Assembly: GCF_009914755.1 (NCBI RefSeq)
Contig: NC_060929.1
Length of the DNA: 64,000 nt
Direction: 5' to 3' (one strand)
Source: the human T2T-CHM13v2.0 reference genome, Homo sapiens
Of the stretch, positions 38,471 through 52,707 are shown piece after piece. Position 1 is the first letter of the stretch, and each line of letters starts with the position of its first letter. Made by a program: the position numbers and the translations under genes. The notes beneath the pieces are model-generated. The model saw only the letters and a program-made list of their open reading frames with translations. It did no database searches and had not been told where the DNA came from.

Positions 38471-41425
38471 GGGGTGTTAAAGATCAATAAAGAAAGGAAG
38501 AATTGTTAAATAAACAGTGCTGGGACAACTGGGCATTCATTCAAAAAACTGAAATTGAATTCCTGTCTTATGCTATACCCTAGAGTCAACTTAAACAGAT
38601 AAGGACTTTTGCTAAAAGGAAAACTTCAGGAAGAAAATATAGAAAAATATTGTTCTAGTTTTGGAATAAGGAAGATTTTATTAAAACAAGGTAACAGGAG
38701 AGGGGCCAAGATGGCTGACTAGAAGCAGCTGGTATGCCCTGCTGTCATGGAGAGAAGGAAAAGTGGGGAGTTAACACTAGCTCTTCAACTGGATCATCCA
38801 GGTGGTCACATTGGGATTCATCAAGGAAGCAACATGACCCACGGAGAATGGAGAAGAGTGAAACAGGAAAACTGCCCACTTGGGAGTGGCATGGGGTCAA
38901 GGGAGGCCTCCTAAGGCAGGGAAATGGTGAGTGAGTGAGAGTCCCCGGGCACCCACATTTCTGCCATGGACCTTTGCAATCCTGGGCTCAGGAGATCACC
39001 TGTGCTATCTCTCACCCCCTCCCCCGTCCACCACTGGGGCCTCCAGTCTGACACACAAAGCTACACAGAGTCTGGGCAGAGCTGCTGCAGAGGCACACAC
39101 AGAGTCCCAGGGGGCTTGGATCCCCAGGCACCCCAGGACCAGCAGCTACAGCTCTGGCAATGGGGGAGGCCGGACTCCCTCGCACACACCCAGGATAGGG
39201 GCCAAATCTATGGGGCTGAGCTGTGGAAGGATGGCAGGCTTTGTCTTCACTGTACCTCACTGAACAAGGCCCATTGGCCTGGGACCCTAGCGTGGCCACC
39301 ACAATACCATCTGGGCTCTCTGGCCAGCATCATCTCTGCACTTCCCTGGGATGTAGCTCCTAGAGGTAGCAGGTACACCACCATTTTTGCTGCTCTGGAT
39401 TCATCATATGGAGAGGAGCTCAGCGTCTCTTCCCTGTCAGTCCATACCACCCAACTTTTCACTGGCTTGGGACCACAGAGCAGCTGCCCCACCCCTGGCT
39501 GAGCACACCCACTGGTAGTGGCTCTGGGTTTCCCAGAGGTGGAGCTCCCAGGGACAAGTGACGGCCCCTCTGCCACTGCCACTGCAGCAGTTCTGCCCTT
39601 GCTGCCCTTGGACTGGGGAAAGAACACAGAGCCTGAAGGCTTCATTTGCCCTTCCAGTATGCCACAGTCACCACAGTCACCACCTCCCAGTCAGACTGGG
39701 AGGAGCCCAGTCTCTCTTCCCTGTGAGCCCATGATCCTCCACTATTCAGCAAGCAAAGTCCCTGGCTTGGGCCAGCAGCACAGCTGCCCCACCCCCTCCA
39801 CTGAACATTTCCAGTAGTAGCGCTGTGTTCCTGTGCGGTGGAGCTCCTAGAGGCAACTGAAAGCCCCTCCGCCGCTGCCAGTTCAGTGGTACCTCCCTTG
39901 TAGCCATCGGACTAGGGAAAGAACAAAGACCTTGAGCACTTTATCCACACTTCCAGAAAGCTACAGATGCCATAAGGAAAAGAGGTCAGTGGGTCTTCCC
40001 TGTGATCCCCGACCCCGCCTGCTTGTCAAAAGGTAGGGCCCCCTAGACTGGCCCACAACACAGCCACTCAACTCTGGGCTGGTTGCATAGATTGGTAGTG
40101 GCTCTGGATTTCTCTGGGGTGACAGTCCAAAAGGCAAGTGAAAGGCTTTCTGCCCCAGCCACTGTGAAGGACCCTTCTGCTGCCTGCAAGCTGGGGAGGC
40201 AACATAAAGCCTGAGCTCACCCCAAAGCTGTAGTGTGTAGGCTGGGGGTAACATTCTGAGATCTGCAGCCAGCACTAGAGTGGGAGAGGAGCCCCCACTT
40301 TCAGAGCACTGAGAAGGAGTATGGCTGCGACTTTGTAGAAAGACAGAGGAGCCATGTAGCAGAGGAAGAGCCGACCTACTGGTCATTATGCTCAAGCGTC
40401 ATCTACAGGATCATAGTCCAAACTTCAACACCAAAAGTACTTTGCTAATATACCCACTTGTGAAACCAAGGACAAGAATTCAGCTACAAATAACAAAAAC
40501 CTTGCAGAAAGCCTTAGCCCTCTGAAAATATCCAAAAACGAAGTCAACTGACTATACTTAAATTATACCTCAGTTAGCAAAACATCAGCCCACATAGATG
40601 AGAAGGAACCAGCACAAGAACTCTGGCAATTCAAAAAGTCAGAGTGGTTTCTTACCTCCAAATGACCACACTAGTTCCCCAGCAAGTGTCCTTACCAAGG
40701 CTGAAATGGCTAAAATGACAGACATAGAGTTCAAAATATGGACAGGAATGAATGTTACTGAGATTCAGGAGAAAGTCAAAACCCAATCCAAGGATTCTAA
40801 GGATTACAGTAAAATGATACAGGAGCTGAAAGACAAAATGGCCATTATAAGAAAGAATGAAAATGATCTGATAGAGCTGAAAAACACACTACAAGAATTT
40901 CATAATGCAATTGCAATTATAAACAGCAGAATACACCAAGCTGTAGAAAGAATCTCAGAGCTTGAAGACTGGTTCTCCAAATTAACTCAGCCAGACAAAA
41001 ATGGGGGAAGGGGGGGAAAGAAAGAAGATAGAATGAAATAAGCCTCCAAGAAACATGGAGAAACATGGGATTATGTAGAGACCAAATCTACACTCACTGA
41101 GATCCTAAAAAGAGAGACAGAAGTCAAGCAACTTGAAAAACATACTTCAGCCTATTGTCCATGAAAATTTCCCCAACCTCACTAGAGAGGCCAACATTCA
41201 AATTCAAGAAATGCAGAGAATGTCTGTGAGATACTACACAAATGACCATCCCTAAGATACAAGATCTTTAGATTCTTCAAGGATGGCATGAAATAAAAAA
41301 AAATTAAAGGGAGCTAGAGAGAAAGGGCAGATCACCTATAAAGGGAAACCCATTAGGCTAATAGAGCTTTCCGCATAAACCCTACAAGCCAGAAGAGATT
41401 GGGGTCCTATATATTCAGCATTCTT

Positions 41426-41732
41426 TTGTTTGTTTGTTTGTTTTTGTTTTTGTTTTTCTTGAGACTGAGTCTTGCTCTGTCGCCCAGACTGCAGTGCAGT
41501 GGCGCGATCTCGGCTCACTGCAAGCTCCGCCTCCCGAGTTCACGCCATTCTCCTGCCTCAGCCTCCTGAGTAGCTGGGACTACAGGCGCCCGCCACCGCG
41601 CCTGACTAATTTTTTTTTTGTATTTTTAGTAGAGACGGGGTTTCACCGTGGTCTCGATCTCCTGACCTGGTGATCCGCCTGCCTCGGCCTCCCAAAGTGG
41701 TGGGATTACAGGCATGAGCCACTGTGCCCGGC
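41426..41732 (-). mobile_element. AluY with the 12-bp left-arm deletion (AluYd-type)
   Basis: TTTCACCGTGGTCTCGATCTCC lacks the TTAGCCAGGA segment; CpG-rich; 15-bp TSD ATATTCAGCATTCTT at 41411-41425 and 41733-41747. Confidence 0.93.
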
Positions 41733-42074
41733 ATATTCAGCATTCTTAAAGAAAAGAAACTCCAGCCAAGAATTTCATATCCAGCTGAACTGAGCTTCAT
41801 AAGCAAAGGAGAAATAAGATCCTTTTCAGCCAAGCAAGTGCTAAGAAAATTGGTTAACACTAGATCTGCCTACAAGAGGTCCTTAAGGGAGTGCTAAATA
41901 TGGAAACAAAAGGCCATTACTGGCCACCACAGAAACACACTTAAGTCTAGAGACCAGTGACACTGCAACCACACAATGAAATCTGCAAAATAACCAGTTA
42001 ACATCATGATGACAGGATCAAATTCACACATATCAATAAGTAACCTTAAATATAAATGGGCTAAATGCACCGAT

Positions 42075-42313
42075 TGACCTGCCCCTTCTCTCTAGCTGCC
42101 TTTAATATTTTTTTCCTTCGTGTCATTCTTGGAGAATCTGAAGATCATGGGTCTTAGGGATGGTCATTTTGTGTAGTATCTTGCAGACATTCTCTGCATT
42201 TTTTGAATTTGAATGTTGGCCTCTCTAATGAGGTTGGGGAAATTTTCATGGACAATATGCTCAAATATGTTTTACAAGTTGCTTGATTTCTCTCTCTCTC
42301 TTTTAGGGATGCC
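42075..42313 (-). repeat. Inverted copy of L1 ORF1 segment 41098-41334 inserted near the ORF2 start
   Basis: Reverse complement aligns at about 89% by eye. Confidence 0.92.
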
Positions 42314-43812
42314 AAGTTGGATAAAGAAGCAAAGCCTACTGGTATGCTATCTTCAAGAGACCCATCTCACATTCAATGAGACCCATAGGCTCAAAGTAAA
42401 GAGATGAAAAAAAATCTACCAAGCAAACAGAAAACAGAAAAAAAAAGCATGGTTTGCTATTTTAATTTCCGACAAAACAGACTTTAAACCAACAACGATC
42501 AAAAAAGACAATGAAGGGCATTGCATAATGGTAAAGGGTTCAATTCAACGAGAGGACCTAACTAACCTAAGTCTATATGTACCTAACACAGGAGCACCTG
42601 GATTGCTAAAGCGAGTTCTTAGAGACCTACAAAAAGACTTAAATAACCAAATAATAGTAGTGGGAGATTTTAACAACCTACTGACAGTATTACACAGATC
42701 ATCGAGGAAGAAAAGTAACAAAGATATTCAGGACCTGAATCTGACACTTGGACAAATGAGACTAAGAGATATCTGCAGAGCTCTCTGTACCCAAACAACA
42801 GAATATACAATGTTCTCATCTGCATATGTCACATACTCTAAAATTGACCACACAATTGACCATAAAACAATCTTTGGAAAATTCATAAAAACCAAAATCA
42901 TACTAAACACTCTCAGACCACAGCACAATAAAAGTAGAAATCAATACTAAGAAAATTACTCAAAACTATAAAATTACATGGAAATTAAACAACCTGATCC
43001 TGAATGACTTTTGGGTAAACAATGAAATTAAAGCAGAAATCAAGAAATTCTTTGAAACTAATGAGAAAAATGATATAACATGCGAGATTCTCTGGGAGAC
43101 AACCAAAGCAGCGTTAAGAGGGGGAATTTATAGCACTAAATGTCCACATCAAAACATGAGGAAGTTCTTAATTTAACAACCTAATATCTCCTCTAGAGGA
43201 ACTAGAGAAACAAAAGCAAACCAACCCCAAAGCTAGCAGAAGACAAGGAATAACCAAAATCAGGGCTGAACTGAAGGAAGTTGAGATGTGAAAAATCATA
43301 CAAATAAGTGAATTTAGGGGTTGGTTCTATGAAAGAATAAATAAGATTGTTTGTCAGCTAGCTGTACTAATAAAGATAAAGAGGGAAGATCCAATAAACA
43401 TACTCAGAAAAGACAAAGGGGACATTACTAGCAACCTCACAGAATTACAAAAAAACTCTCAGACTACTACAAACACCTCTCTGCACACAAACTAGAAACT
43501 CTAAAAGAAATGGATAAATTGCTAGAAATATACAAACTCCCAGGATTGAACCAGGAAAAGATTGAATCTTTTTACAGACCAATAATGAGTTCTGAAATCG
43601 AATCAGTAACAAAAACCCTACCAACCAGAAAAGGCCCTGGACCAGATGGATTCATAGCTGAATTCTACCAGATGTATAAAGACAAGCTGGTGCCACTCCT
43701 GCTGAAACTATTCCAAAAAACTGAGGAGAAGGACTCCCCCTAATTGATTCTATAAGTGCAGCATCATTCTGATACCAAAACCTGGCAGAGATACAATGCA
43801 AAAAAAAAACTT

Positions 43813-44127
<315 letters not shown>

Positions 44128-45677
44128 TTTACAGCCAATATCCTTGATGAACACAGATGCAAAAATCCTTAACAAAATACTAGAAAACCAAATCCAGTAG
44201 CATATCAAAAAGCTAATCTAGCACAATCAAGTAGGTTTTATCTCCGGGACGCAAGGTTGGTTCAACATATACAAACCAATAAATGTGATACATCATACAA
44301 ACTGATCTAACCACATGACCATCTCAACAGTTGCAGAAAAGGCTTCTAGTAAAATTCAATATCCCTTTATGTTAGAAATTCTCAACAAATTAGGCATTGA
44401 AGGAACATACCTCGAAATAATAAGAGCCATCTATGAAAAAACCACAGTCAACATTATACTGAATGGGTGAAATCTGAAAGCATTCTCCTTGAGAACTAGA
44501 ATAAGACTAAGATGCCCATTCTCACTACTCCTATTCAACATAGTACTAGAACTCCTGGACAGAGCAAACAGGCAGGAGAAAGAAATAAAAGTTATCCAAA
44601 TGGGAAGGGAGGAAGTCAAACTATCTCTGCAGATTGTATGATTCTATATCTAGAAAACCCCATAGTCTGCTCAAAAGCTCCTAGATCTGATAAACAACTT
44701 AGTAAAGTTTCAGTGTACAAACTCAATATACAAAAATCAGTAGCATTTCTATATATCAATAGCATCCAAACTAAGAGCCAAATCAAGGTTGCAGTCTCAT
44801 TCACAATAGACACAAAAAGAATAAAACACCTAGCAATAATGCTAAACAGGAAGGTAAAATATCTCTATAATGAGAATTACAAAACACTGCTCAAAAAAAT
44901 CAGAGATGACACAAACAAATGGAAAAACATTCCATGCTTACGGATAGGAAAAATCAATATTGTTAAAATGGCCATGCTGCCCAAAGCAATTTACAGATAT
45001 AATGTTATTCCTATCAAACTACTAATGACATTCTTCACAGACTTAGGAAAAACTATTTTAAAATTCATATAGAACTTAAAAAAGAGCCCAAATAGCCAAA
45101 GCAATCCTAAGCATAAAGAACAAAGCTGGAGACATCATATTTTCCAACTTCAAACTGTGCTACGGGGCAATAGTAACCAAAACAGCATGGCACTGGTACA
45201 AAAACAGACACATAGGCCATGGAACAAAATAGAGAACCAGAAATAATGCCACACACCAAAGACCATCTTATCTTTGAAAAAGTTGACGAAAGTAAGAAAT
45301 GGGGAGAGGATTCCCTATTCAATAAATGGTGCTGCAGAAGATTGAAATTGGACCCTTACATGACATAAAAAAATCAACTCAAGATGAATAAAGACATAAA
45401 TGTAAAACTTAAAACTATAAACACCTTGGAAGATAACATAGACAATACCATTCTGGACATTGGCCTTGGCAAAAATTTCATGACAAAGATGCCAAAAGCA
45501 ATTGCAACAAAAGCAAAATTTGACGAATTAAACTAAAGAGCTCTTGTATTGCAAGAGAAACTATTAACAGAGTTAACAGACAACCCACAGAATGTGAGAA
45601 CATATTTGCAAACTATGCGTGTGACAAAGGTATATCCAGAATCTATAAATAAATTAACAATAAAAAACCAAGCAACC

Positions 45678-45972
45678 TGCTATGGTTTGGATCTGTGTCC
45701 CCATCCAAATCTCATGTTGAAGTGTCATCCCCAATGCTGGAGGTGGGGCCTGGTGGGAGGTGATTGCGTCATGGGGGCGGTTTCTCATGAATGGTTTAAC
45801 ATCATCTCCTTTGTGCTGATTGTAAGTTTTTTGAGTCCTCTCTAGAAGCCAAGTGGATGCCAGCATCATGCTTGCTATACCTCCTGCAGAACTATGAGCC
45901 AATTAAACCTCTTTTCTTTATAAATTACCCAGTCTTAGGTATTTCTTTGCAATGTGAGAACAGCCTAATATA
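45678..45972 (+). mobile_element. MSTA-like solo LTR (internally deleted) inside L1 ORF2
   Basis: TGCTATGGTTTGGATCTGTGTCCCC...CAGCCTAATATA; TSD CAACC at 45673-45677 and 45973-45977. Confidence 0.92.
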
Positions 45973-46829
45973 CAACCCCATTAAAAAATGGGCAAAGGAC
46001 ATGAACAGACACTTTGCAAAAGACATACACATGACCAATAAGCATATGAAAAAATGCTCAACATCAGTAATTATTAGAGAAATGCAAATCAAAACCACAA
46101 TGAGATACCATCTCACACCAGTCAGAATAGCTATTAATGAAAGTCAAAAAATAACAGATGCTGGAGAGTTTGCAGAGCAAAAGGACACTTATAGACTGGT
46201 GGTGGGAATATAAATAGTTCAGCTATTGTAGAAAGCCATGTGGCAGTTCCTCAAAAAACTTAAAACAGAGTTACCATTTAACCCAGCAATCCCATTACTG
46301 GGTATATGCCAAAAGAAATATAAACTATTCTATCATAAAGACTCACGTATGCGTATGTTCGTTGCAGTACTATTCACAATAGTAATGACATGCAATCAAC
46401 CTAAATGCCCATCAATGGTAGACTAGATGAAGCAAATGTGGTACATATGCACCACGGAATACTACACAGCCACAAAATGAATGAAATTATGTCCTTTGCA
46501 ACAACTTGGATGAAGCTGGAGGCCGTTACCCAAAGTGAAGTAACACAGGAACAGAAAACCAAATACTACATGTTCTCACTTATAAGGGGAAGCTAAACAT
46601 TGAGAACACATGGGCATAAGGATGGGAACAACAGACACCACAGCCTACTTGAGGGTGAAGGGTAGAAGGAGAGGGAGAACTGAAAAACTACCTATTGGAT
46701 ACTATGATTATTACCTGGATGACAAAATAATCTGTTCACTAAATCCCTGTGACACACAATTATAGAACAAACCTGCACATGTACCCCTGAATCTAAGATA
46801 AAAGTTAGAAAAAAAAGCAAAATACAACA

Positions 46830-47950
46830 ACTTCTAACCATAAAAGAAATGCTTGACTAAGTCAACTATATTAAAATTAATAACTTCTGTTTATCAAAAA
46901 ACATTGTAAAGAAAGTGAAAAGACAAACAACAAAATAGAACTTATTTGTCATGTATGTAGTCAACAGAGGTTTAATATCCAGAATGTATAAACAATTCCT
47001 ACCTTTCTACAGAAAAACACACACAAAAACAAAATAGAAAAACAGGCAAGTAACACGTAAGTGTATGGCCAATAAACATAAAAACATGTTTAATCTCTGC
47101 AGCAATCAGGAGAATAAAATCAGCAATTATAATCAAATTGAAATATTATAATATTGGTCAATATTAAGAAGTAAATATTCAGTCACCTCTGACTTCTCCT
47201 TACCTACCATGTCTTTCAATGTTTTAGCTCCAAAGTATAGCCTGAATCTGTTTTTGTCTTCCATTTTCATTCTTGTTGTCATTGTTTTAGTTCACAAAGT
47301 TTTGGAGAGAGTATGGATCAATAGGAATTATTCAATAGTAATCTTTGAAGTGTAAATTAAAGAGGACTTAGGAAAACAATTTGGCATCATCTTGGAAGTC
47401 TGAACATGGAGACACACCATAACTCAGCGATTCCGTACCCAATATATACCCCCAGAGAAATTCTTGAACATGTATCTAGGAGACAGGCTCACAGCAAAGA
47501 GCTTAAAATTTGTTACATTTACACAATGGAATATTATACAGCAGTGAAAACTAATGATCCATAGCAACACTCAGGAATATATGAATTTCAGAAATCTAAT
47601 GCAGAGTTATAAAAAAAAAAAAGGTCCCAAAAGACCATAAGTAATATGACACCATTAGGATAATGTTTAATGCACAAAAATTAAGCAGTATATTTAGGCA
47701 GCATACCCTTTTACCAAAGCCATTTTTAAAAAGTAAAGATTAACACAAAACTCAGAATGGTGCTACTCTCCTGTTTATGTGGAGGTGGTGACATGAGATA
47801 GGAAAGGAATGAATACATAGGTAGATGTATCTTATTCATGATGTGTTCATTGGATAGTAGGTTCATGGGAATTTATTATTACACTTTACAACATAAATAT
47901 ATGTTAATAAATCTGTTGTATGTGTCAGAGATAATCTTAAAAAATATATA
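46830..47950 (+). mobile_element. Old L1ME 3' continuation
   Basis: TTAAAATTAATAACTTCTGTTTATCAAAA; ACAATGGAATATTATACAGCAGTGAAAA; GTAGGTTCATGGGAATTTATTAT. Confidence 0.78.
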
Positions 47951-48439
47951 TATAATGACCTAAGATGCTCAGCTTATTCAAGAGTAAGCACTATCATTTT
48001 TCAACAGCTGTTTCATTTTTTATGTTCAGTAAATGTCATGATACTAAAAAAAAACCCCTCTTCTCTAGCATCTTTATCACACATGTGACCACACTATTGC
48101 TAAAAACATTAATTTTCACTCAGTGCCAGAATGGCTTACTGCCCACTAAAACAAAAGGCAGTGTAATGAAAGCAAATAAACTCGCTGGTTTACTAAACTG
48201 GAGGAAATGTAACATACTTTGAAAAGCACCTGGGGATTTTATGTGATAACATCCAACAGGGGAAATACACCTGCAAAAATGATAAAACAGAGTTGGGATC
48301 AGTCACTATGAGTTTTTGGATTTCTTTTGAAATCTTAGTACATTTCACTGTTAGAGGCAGTGAGAGAGAAAGCAAAATAAAAAAGGAAATCATTCTCTAT
48401 CTCTCTTTTTAATCTTTGATTATCTCCCTGTTCCTTTTT

Positions 48440-48910
48440 GGATAAGGTTCCAGTCCTCAGCTTTACAAACAAGGCATCTCCTCTTAGAATCTCTAGTTTT
48501 TCTGCCTGTCTAGCCTCATCTCCTGTCACATTCTTGACCTCCATCTGCTCACATCCTGCTCATAAGCCAAACTCAACTTCCTGTGGATCCCTGAGCAGGT
48601 CATGCTGTTTCATGTCTCTGTGCCTTTGTCCAGGCCCTTTGCTCTTCCTGGAAATCCCATCCTCCCAGCCTTCCCCTCACTGGCCTCTAGCTAGGAAGTC
48701 TTGCCTGATCCTCTAGGCTGAGACTCCCTTAGTCCCTTATGCATAACTTTCTCATGGTAGTTATCACATTCCCATAAAAGTCCATTTCCCTGTCTTCTCT
48801 ATTAGACCTTAAACTCTTTGGAATCAAAGATTATATACGTATTTTTTGAAGTTACACAATGCTACCCAGTATTTATCACTGTGCTTTATAGGAACTTGAT
48901 AATGTTAGGT
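48440..48910 (+). mobile_element. L2 3' region
   Basis: CATGTCTCTGTGCCTTTG..CTTCCTGGAAATC; CTATTAGACCTTAAACTCTTTGG. Confidence 0.6.
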
Positions 48911-48999
48911 AAATCAACATGTAAGCAGAAAGTATCATTTTGAACCTAAATTTCTTCACTGCCTCATGTACTCTCAGTAGGGTGCCCCTCCCACTGACC

Positions 49000-49287
49000 T
49001 CACCTAGTTCACTCTCTAATGACTTTCTCAGGCACGTTCCTCACTCCATGAGCAGAAGGATTCCCTCTCTATGCACTTTTTCCTAGCAGCATCTATTGCT
49101 CTTACTGCCATGGTACGCTTACCTCAATTTGTATCATTCTTTGAATAATATGTGCTTCTCCCACTGGACTGTAAGCTCTATGAGAGTAGGGGCCAGATTT
49201 GCTTTTGTTTATCATTGCATCTCTACTATGCGGAATAGGGTAGATTTCCAGTGAGTATTTGCTGACTGACTGAATGATTGAGTGAAC
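49000..49287 (+). mobile_element. L2 3' end
   Basis: CTCCCACTGGACTGTAAGCTCTATGAGAGTAGGG...TATTTGCTGACTGACTGAATGA. Confidence 0.8.
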
Positions 49288-52276
49288 CATGAGCACTGCT
49301 GGAATTCAGGATGCAAGAAGCACGTCTGATGGGCTGGTAGGGGATGCACAGCCCACTCTGTTACCTGCTTGCCTGTGCAAGGGGGACATGGCCTGTTCAG
49401 AGGTTTCCATGGGCCCTTGCAGGACAGATGGGGATGGGGAAGACAGCATGATGCTCGTTACATGTACTGCTCTGCTTTCCCAGCTCACGGACTTACTTCT
49501 GAGTCTAAAAGTAGGTGTACAGGCAGAGAGAAAAGGAGTCCTTTCCATGAGAAAAGTTCAGGTGTATAAGATATACTGCTTTGTGGTCTGGGTGACAATG
49601 TCATACAAGTTAGAGGTGGGGAAAGATTTCCCCACCCCTGCAGAATCCAGCGTGGCACTTTTGGTGCGGGGTGACCGAATGGCACAGAGTGGAATTCAGG
49701 GCACCCTGTGCCTGAACCTCAGTATTCCCTCTTTGATGTCATTCCCTTTGTCACTTGCCAGGCACTGCTCTCGGGTGGCTTTTTCTGTCAATCATCAACA
49801 ATAAAGAGGAGCTAGAGGAAACAAAAAACGTATGTGCTTTTATAAGAGCCTAAGGCAGAAATAACAGATCCCAGAGGCCTGTGGATGCCAATTTGTGCAT
49901 GTGGAGTATAAAGCAGTGGAATTAGAGGGTTTGTAATTTTTTTTTATGTTATTCTCTTTATATCCATAGGTTGCTGAGGCCTGAGAAAGTCAGGTGTGTC
50001 ATTGTTCTCTGTCAGCTAAGGACTTGCTTCTGAATTATTTGAAGTTTTACACTGGATACGGTCTCTTATCTCAATCTTTAGCAATGTGTTTTACTGACCA
50101 ATTTACATAGTTTATAGTTTGACTTGTAAAAGAGGCCCTTTAATTTGACCATCTGGAAGTAGTACAAACTATTGATGTTAATTACTCCTCTTTTATATTC
50201 TACTTTTGTGATCCTCTCAGTTTTCAGTTTTTGGTGATACATAAGATCATTATTAATATTTTGTGTTATATGAGATGGCTTCTAGGTATTCATTAAGTGA
50301 GCTTATATTGGTGAATGAATATGTTAAATCTGGGAGAGCAAAAGCATTTATTGCCTCAATATTTTTGCCTGAATTGGGTTATATTTTCTCAAACCTACTT
50401 TTATCTTTCAGCCTTATGATTACTCTATAAGAAACCAAACATCTGTAGACTTACCTTCATATACAAACTTCAATTTAACTGCCACTAGCAATGCCTCCAT
50501 ATTTCAAAAAAGGAGCTCTTCTTCTGGATATAGTTTGCAATGGTAGGAGAGCTCATGTCGTTCCTGGCTCTTCCGTGACTCCTTGGGTCTCAGACTCACA
50601 CCAATAAAGGTGATGAACAGAATGTAATCAAGCAAGGAGAGCAGACAAACACTCTGTGGTGATGTGAAGGTCAGGGCAGATATTTCAGTAACTCAACAAA
50701 CAAGCAAACAAACACAGAAGAGTGAGGAAGGCCTGATGCATATCTGGTGGAGGAAGAGGCTGAATCAGTTGGTCCAGGGCTGGAGGATTTCTGCAGGGTT
50801 AAGTGGTTCAGGCAAGTCTGGTTATTTCAGCTGACTTCCCCTACAACTTCTATCTGCAGAAAAAAATCTTACTCAACCTAGTTTTTCATACCTTTCCCCT
50901 CTCCATTGCTGACCTGCTTTCCTCCTTTGACATCCCTTTAATAGAATACTTTCTGCCTGTTGGCTTCCCAGCTAAAGCAGACTTCTCACTGCTCACACAT
51001 TTGAACTCTGCACTGTCAGACCATTTGGAGGATGCTTACCTTGTTTGAGTCCTCCTGGGTCCCTGTGGCTATCTCTTTAGTTCTATCAGTTCAAGAAGCC
51101 CACCACCTACCTTCAGAAATTGCCATCCAGCCACAGGCAGACTTTCACATTTTGGTTTGCTCCTGAGCATAGCAACCTAGAATTTGGCCTTGGCTTCAGG
51201 CAGATGGAAGTGCATGTTTCTTAAGAATCAGATTCATGGGCCTGAAGAAGGGCTTCAGTCCTCAAAATAAAGATGAGAATAATTCCTCCTATTCTAGTTC
51301 AATCAACTGTTCGACCAGGGAGAACTGCTGCTTCTTGAATTAGGGGACTTATTAACTAAGTACATCTGAAAACAAACATTTTTTTTTATAGATCATATAA
51401 TTGAAATATATGCTAAAGATTTTTTTTTGTCCTCTTACCAGAGTTCTTTAGAGATTTTGATCTCTGGTTATTGTTCTGAGGATATTGGTTTATTGCATGC
51501 TCGTGTTGAATCTGGAGGTATCAGCAAAATCTCACAGTTCTAGTTAAATTATTTTAATTTTAAGCTCTGCTTTGAAATAAGGAGATTTATTGGTACTTTT
51601 ATCAATTTCTTCATTTTTCATTTTCTTTATTTCTTATCTATCAGCTAATGTTTTTCTTTCCAACAAATGGTAATGTACTGTAAATAGTATTTTGTAGCCA
51701 ACTTGATTTTTCACATTGATATAACTTCCTTCTAACAATTTTCAGTGTAAATTATCATAATAGTCTATTGAATGGAGTTTCTGTATTTATTAACCAAATT
51801 CTTGATTGTGGATCATTTAAGTACTAGTGTATCATAAAATCTATATTCAGATATACAATTTTCCAGATGGAGGGTATCCAATAAACAAGGTGCCATAGTT
51901 TGGTCATTTATATTATTTATATTTTGTTGTTCTTGTGTTTGATTGACTTTGGCTCACCAAACATCCTGAGCTGTATCATCTTACCATCTTACCAGCCTCA
52001 GCTGGCCCAGTGCCATCACTTTTATAGCACAAAGCCATCTTCTGGTGACAGGCAGAGCTCCTGCCTCACAACATGAGATTCTTTTCCTTTCTTGGTCACC
52101 TCCTTAAGAGGGAAGCCCACAAGTAGTGAACATTTTTCAGGAAGGCTTGAATTCTGACATATCTCTAAAGCTAGAAATGGAAACTAAATTTTCTTAGTGT
52201 TCATCAGACAGTTTCCCATTCTTCCTACATGGAGTGTAAAAATACATCTTTGCAAATCAATAGGAGACAAACCAAT

Positions 52277-52707
52277 TGTGTTGGTTTCCTGTGGCTGCTA
52301 TAACAAAGCACCACAACTGTGTGGTTTAAAAGAGCAGAAATCTACTCTCTCACAGTTCTGGAGGCCAGAAGTCTGAAATCAAGTTGTCAGTGGGGTTGGT
52401 TCCTGTGGGAAGCCCTGCAGGAGATTCTGTTCCATGCCCCTCTCCTAGTTTCTGGTGGTTGCCTGTAATACTTGGCAATTGTTGGCTTGTAGATTTCCAA
52501 TTACTCCAATCTCTGCATCTGTCTCCACACAGCATTCTCCTCTCTGTGTCTAAATTTGCCTCTTCTTAGAAGTTTATCAGTCAAATTGGATTTAGGGACC
52601 CCCCTTATTGAGTATGACCTCATCTTAACATGTTTACATCTGTAAACAAGGTCTCATAGAGTCTGAATGGATGTGAATTCCTGTGGAACATTATCCAATC
52701 CAGCATG
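52277..52707 (-). mobile_element. MLT1C-like solo LTR
   Basis: TGTGTTGGTTTCCTGTGGCTGCTATAACAAA..CTCACAGTTCTGGAGGCCAGAAGTCTGAAATCAAG..TATGACCTCATCTTAAC. Confidence 0.9.

Larger units (their letters stand above)
37320..38696 (+). mobile_element. Old L1ME-type ORF2 fragment (interrupted; resumes at about 46830)
   Basis: TTGACAAGGTGACTCTGAA, ATAGAAAACCCAG, AATAAACAGTGCTGGGACAACTGG. Confidence 0.72.

Noticed and set aside
38931-40395. Several 100-180-aa ORFs on both strands
   Set aside because: They lie in the GC-richer L1 5'UTR, have no recognisable domains, and are expected by chance.
49289-49804. 171-aa ATG-initiated ORF in mostly unique DNA
   Set aside because: No recognisable protein family, promoter or splice support; it starts at an L2 tail.
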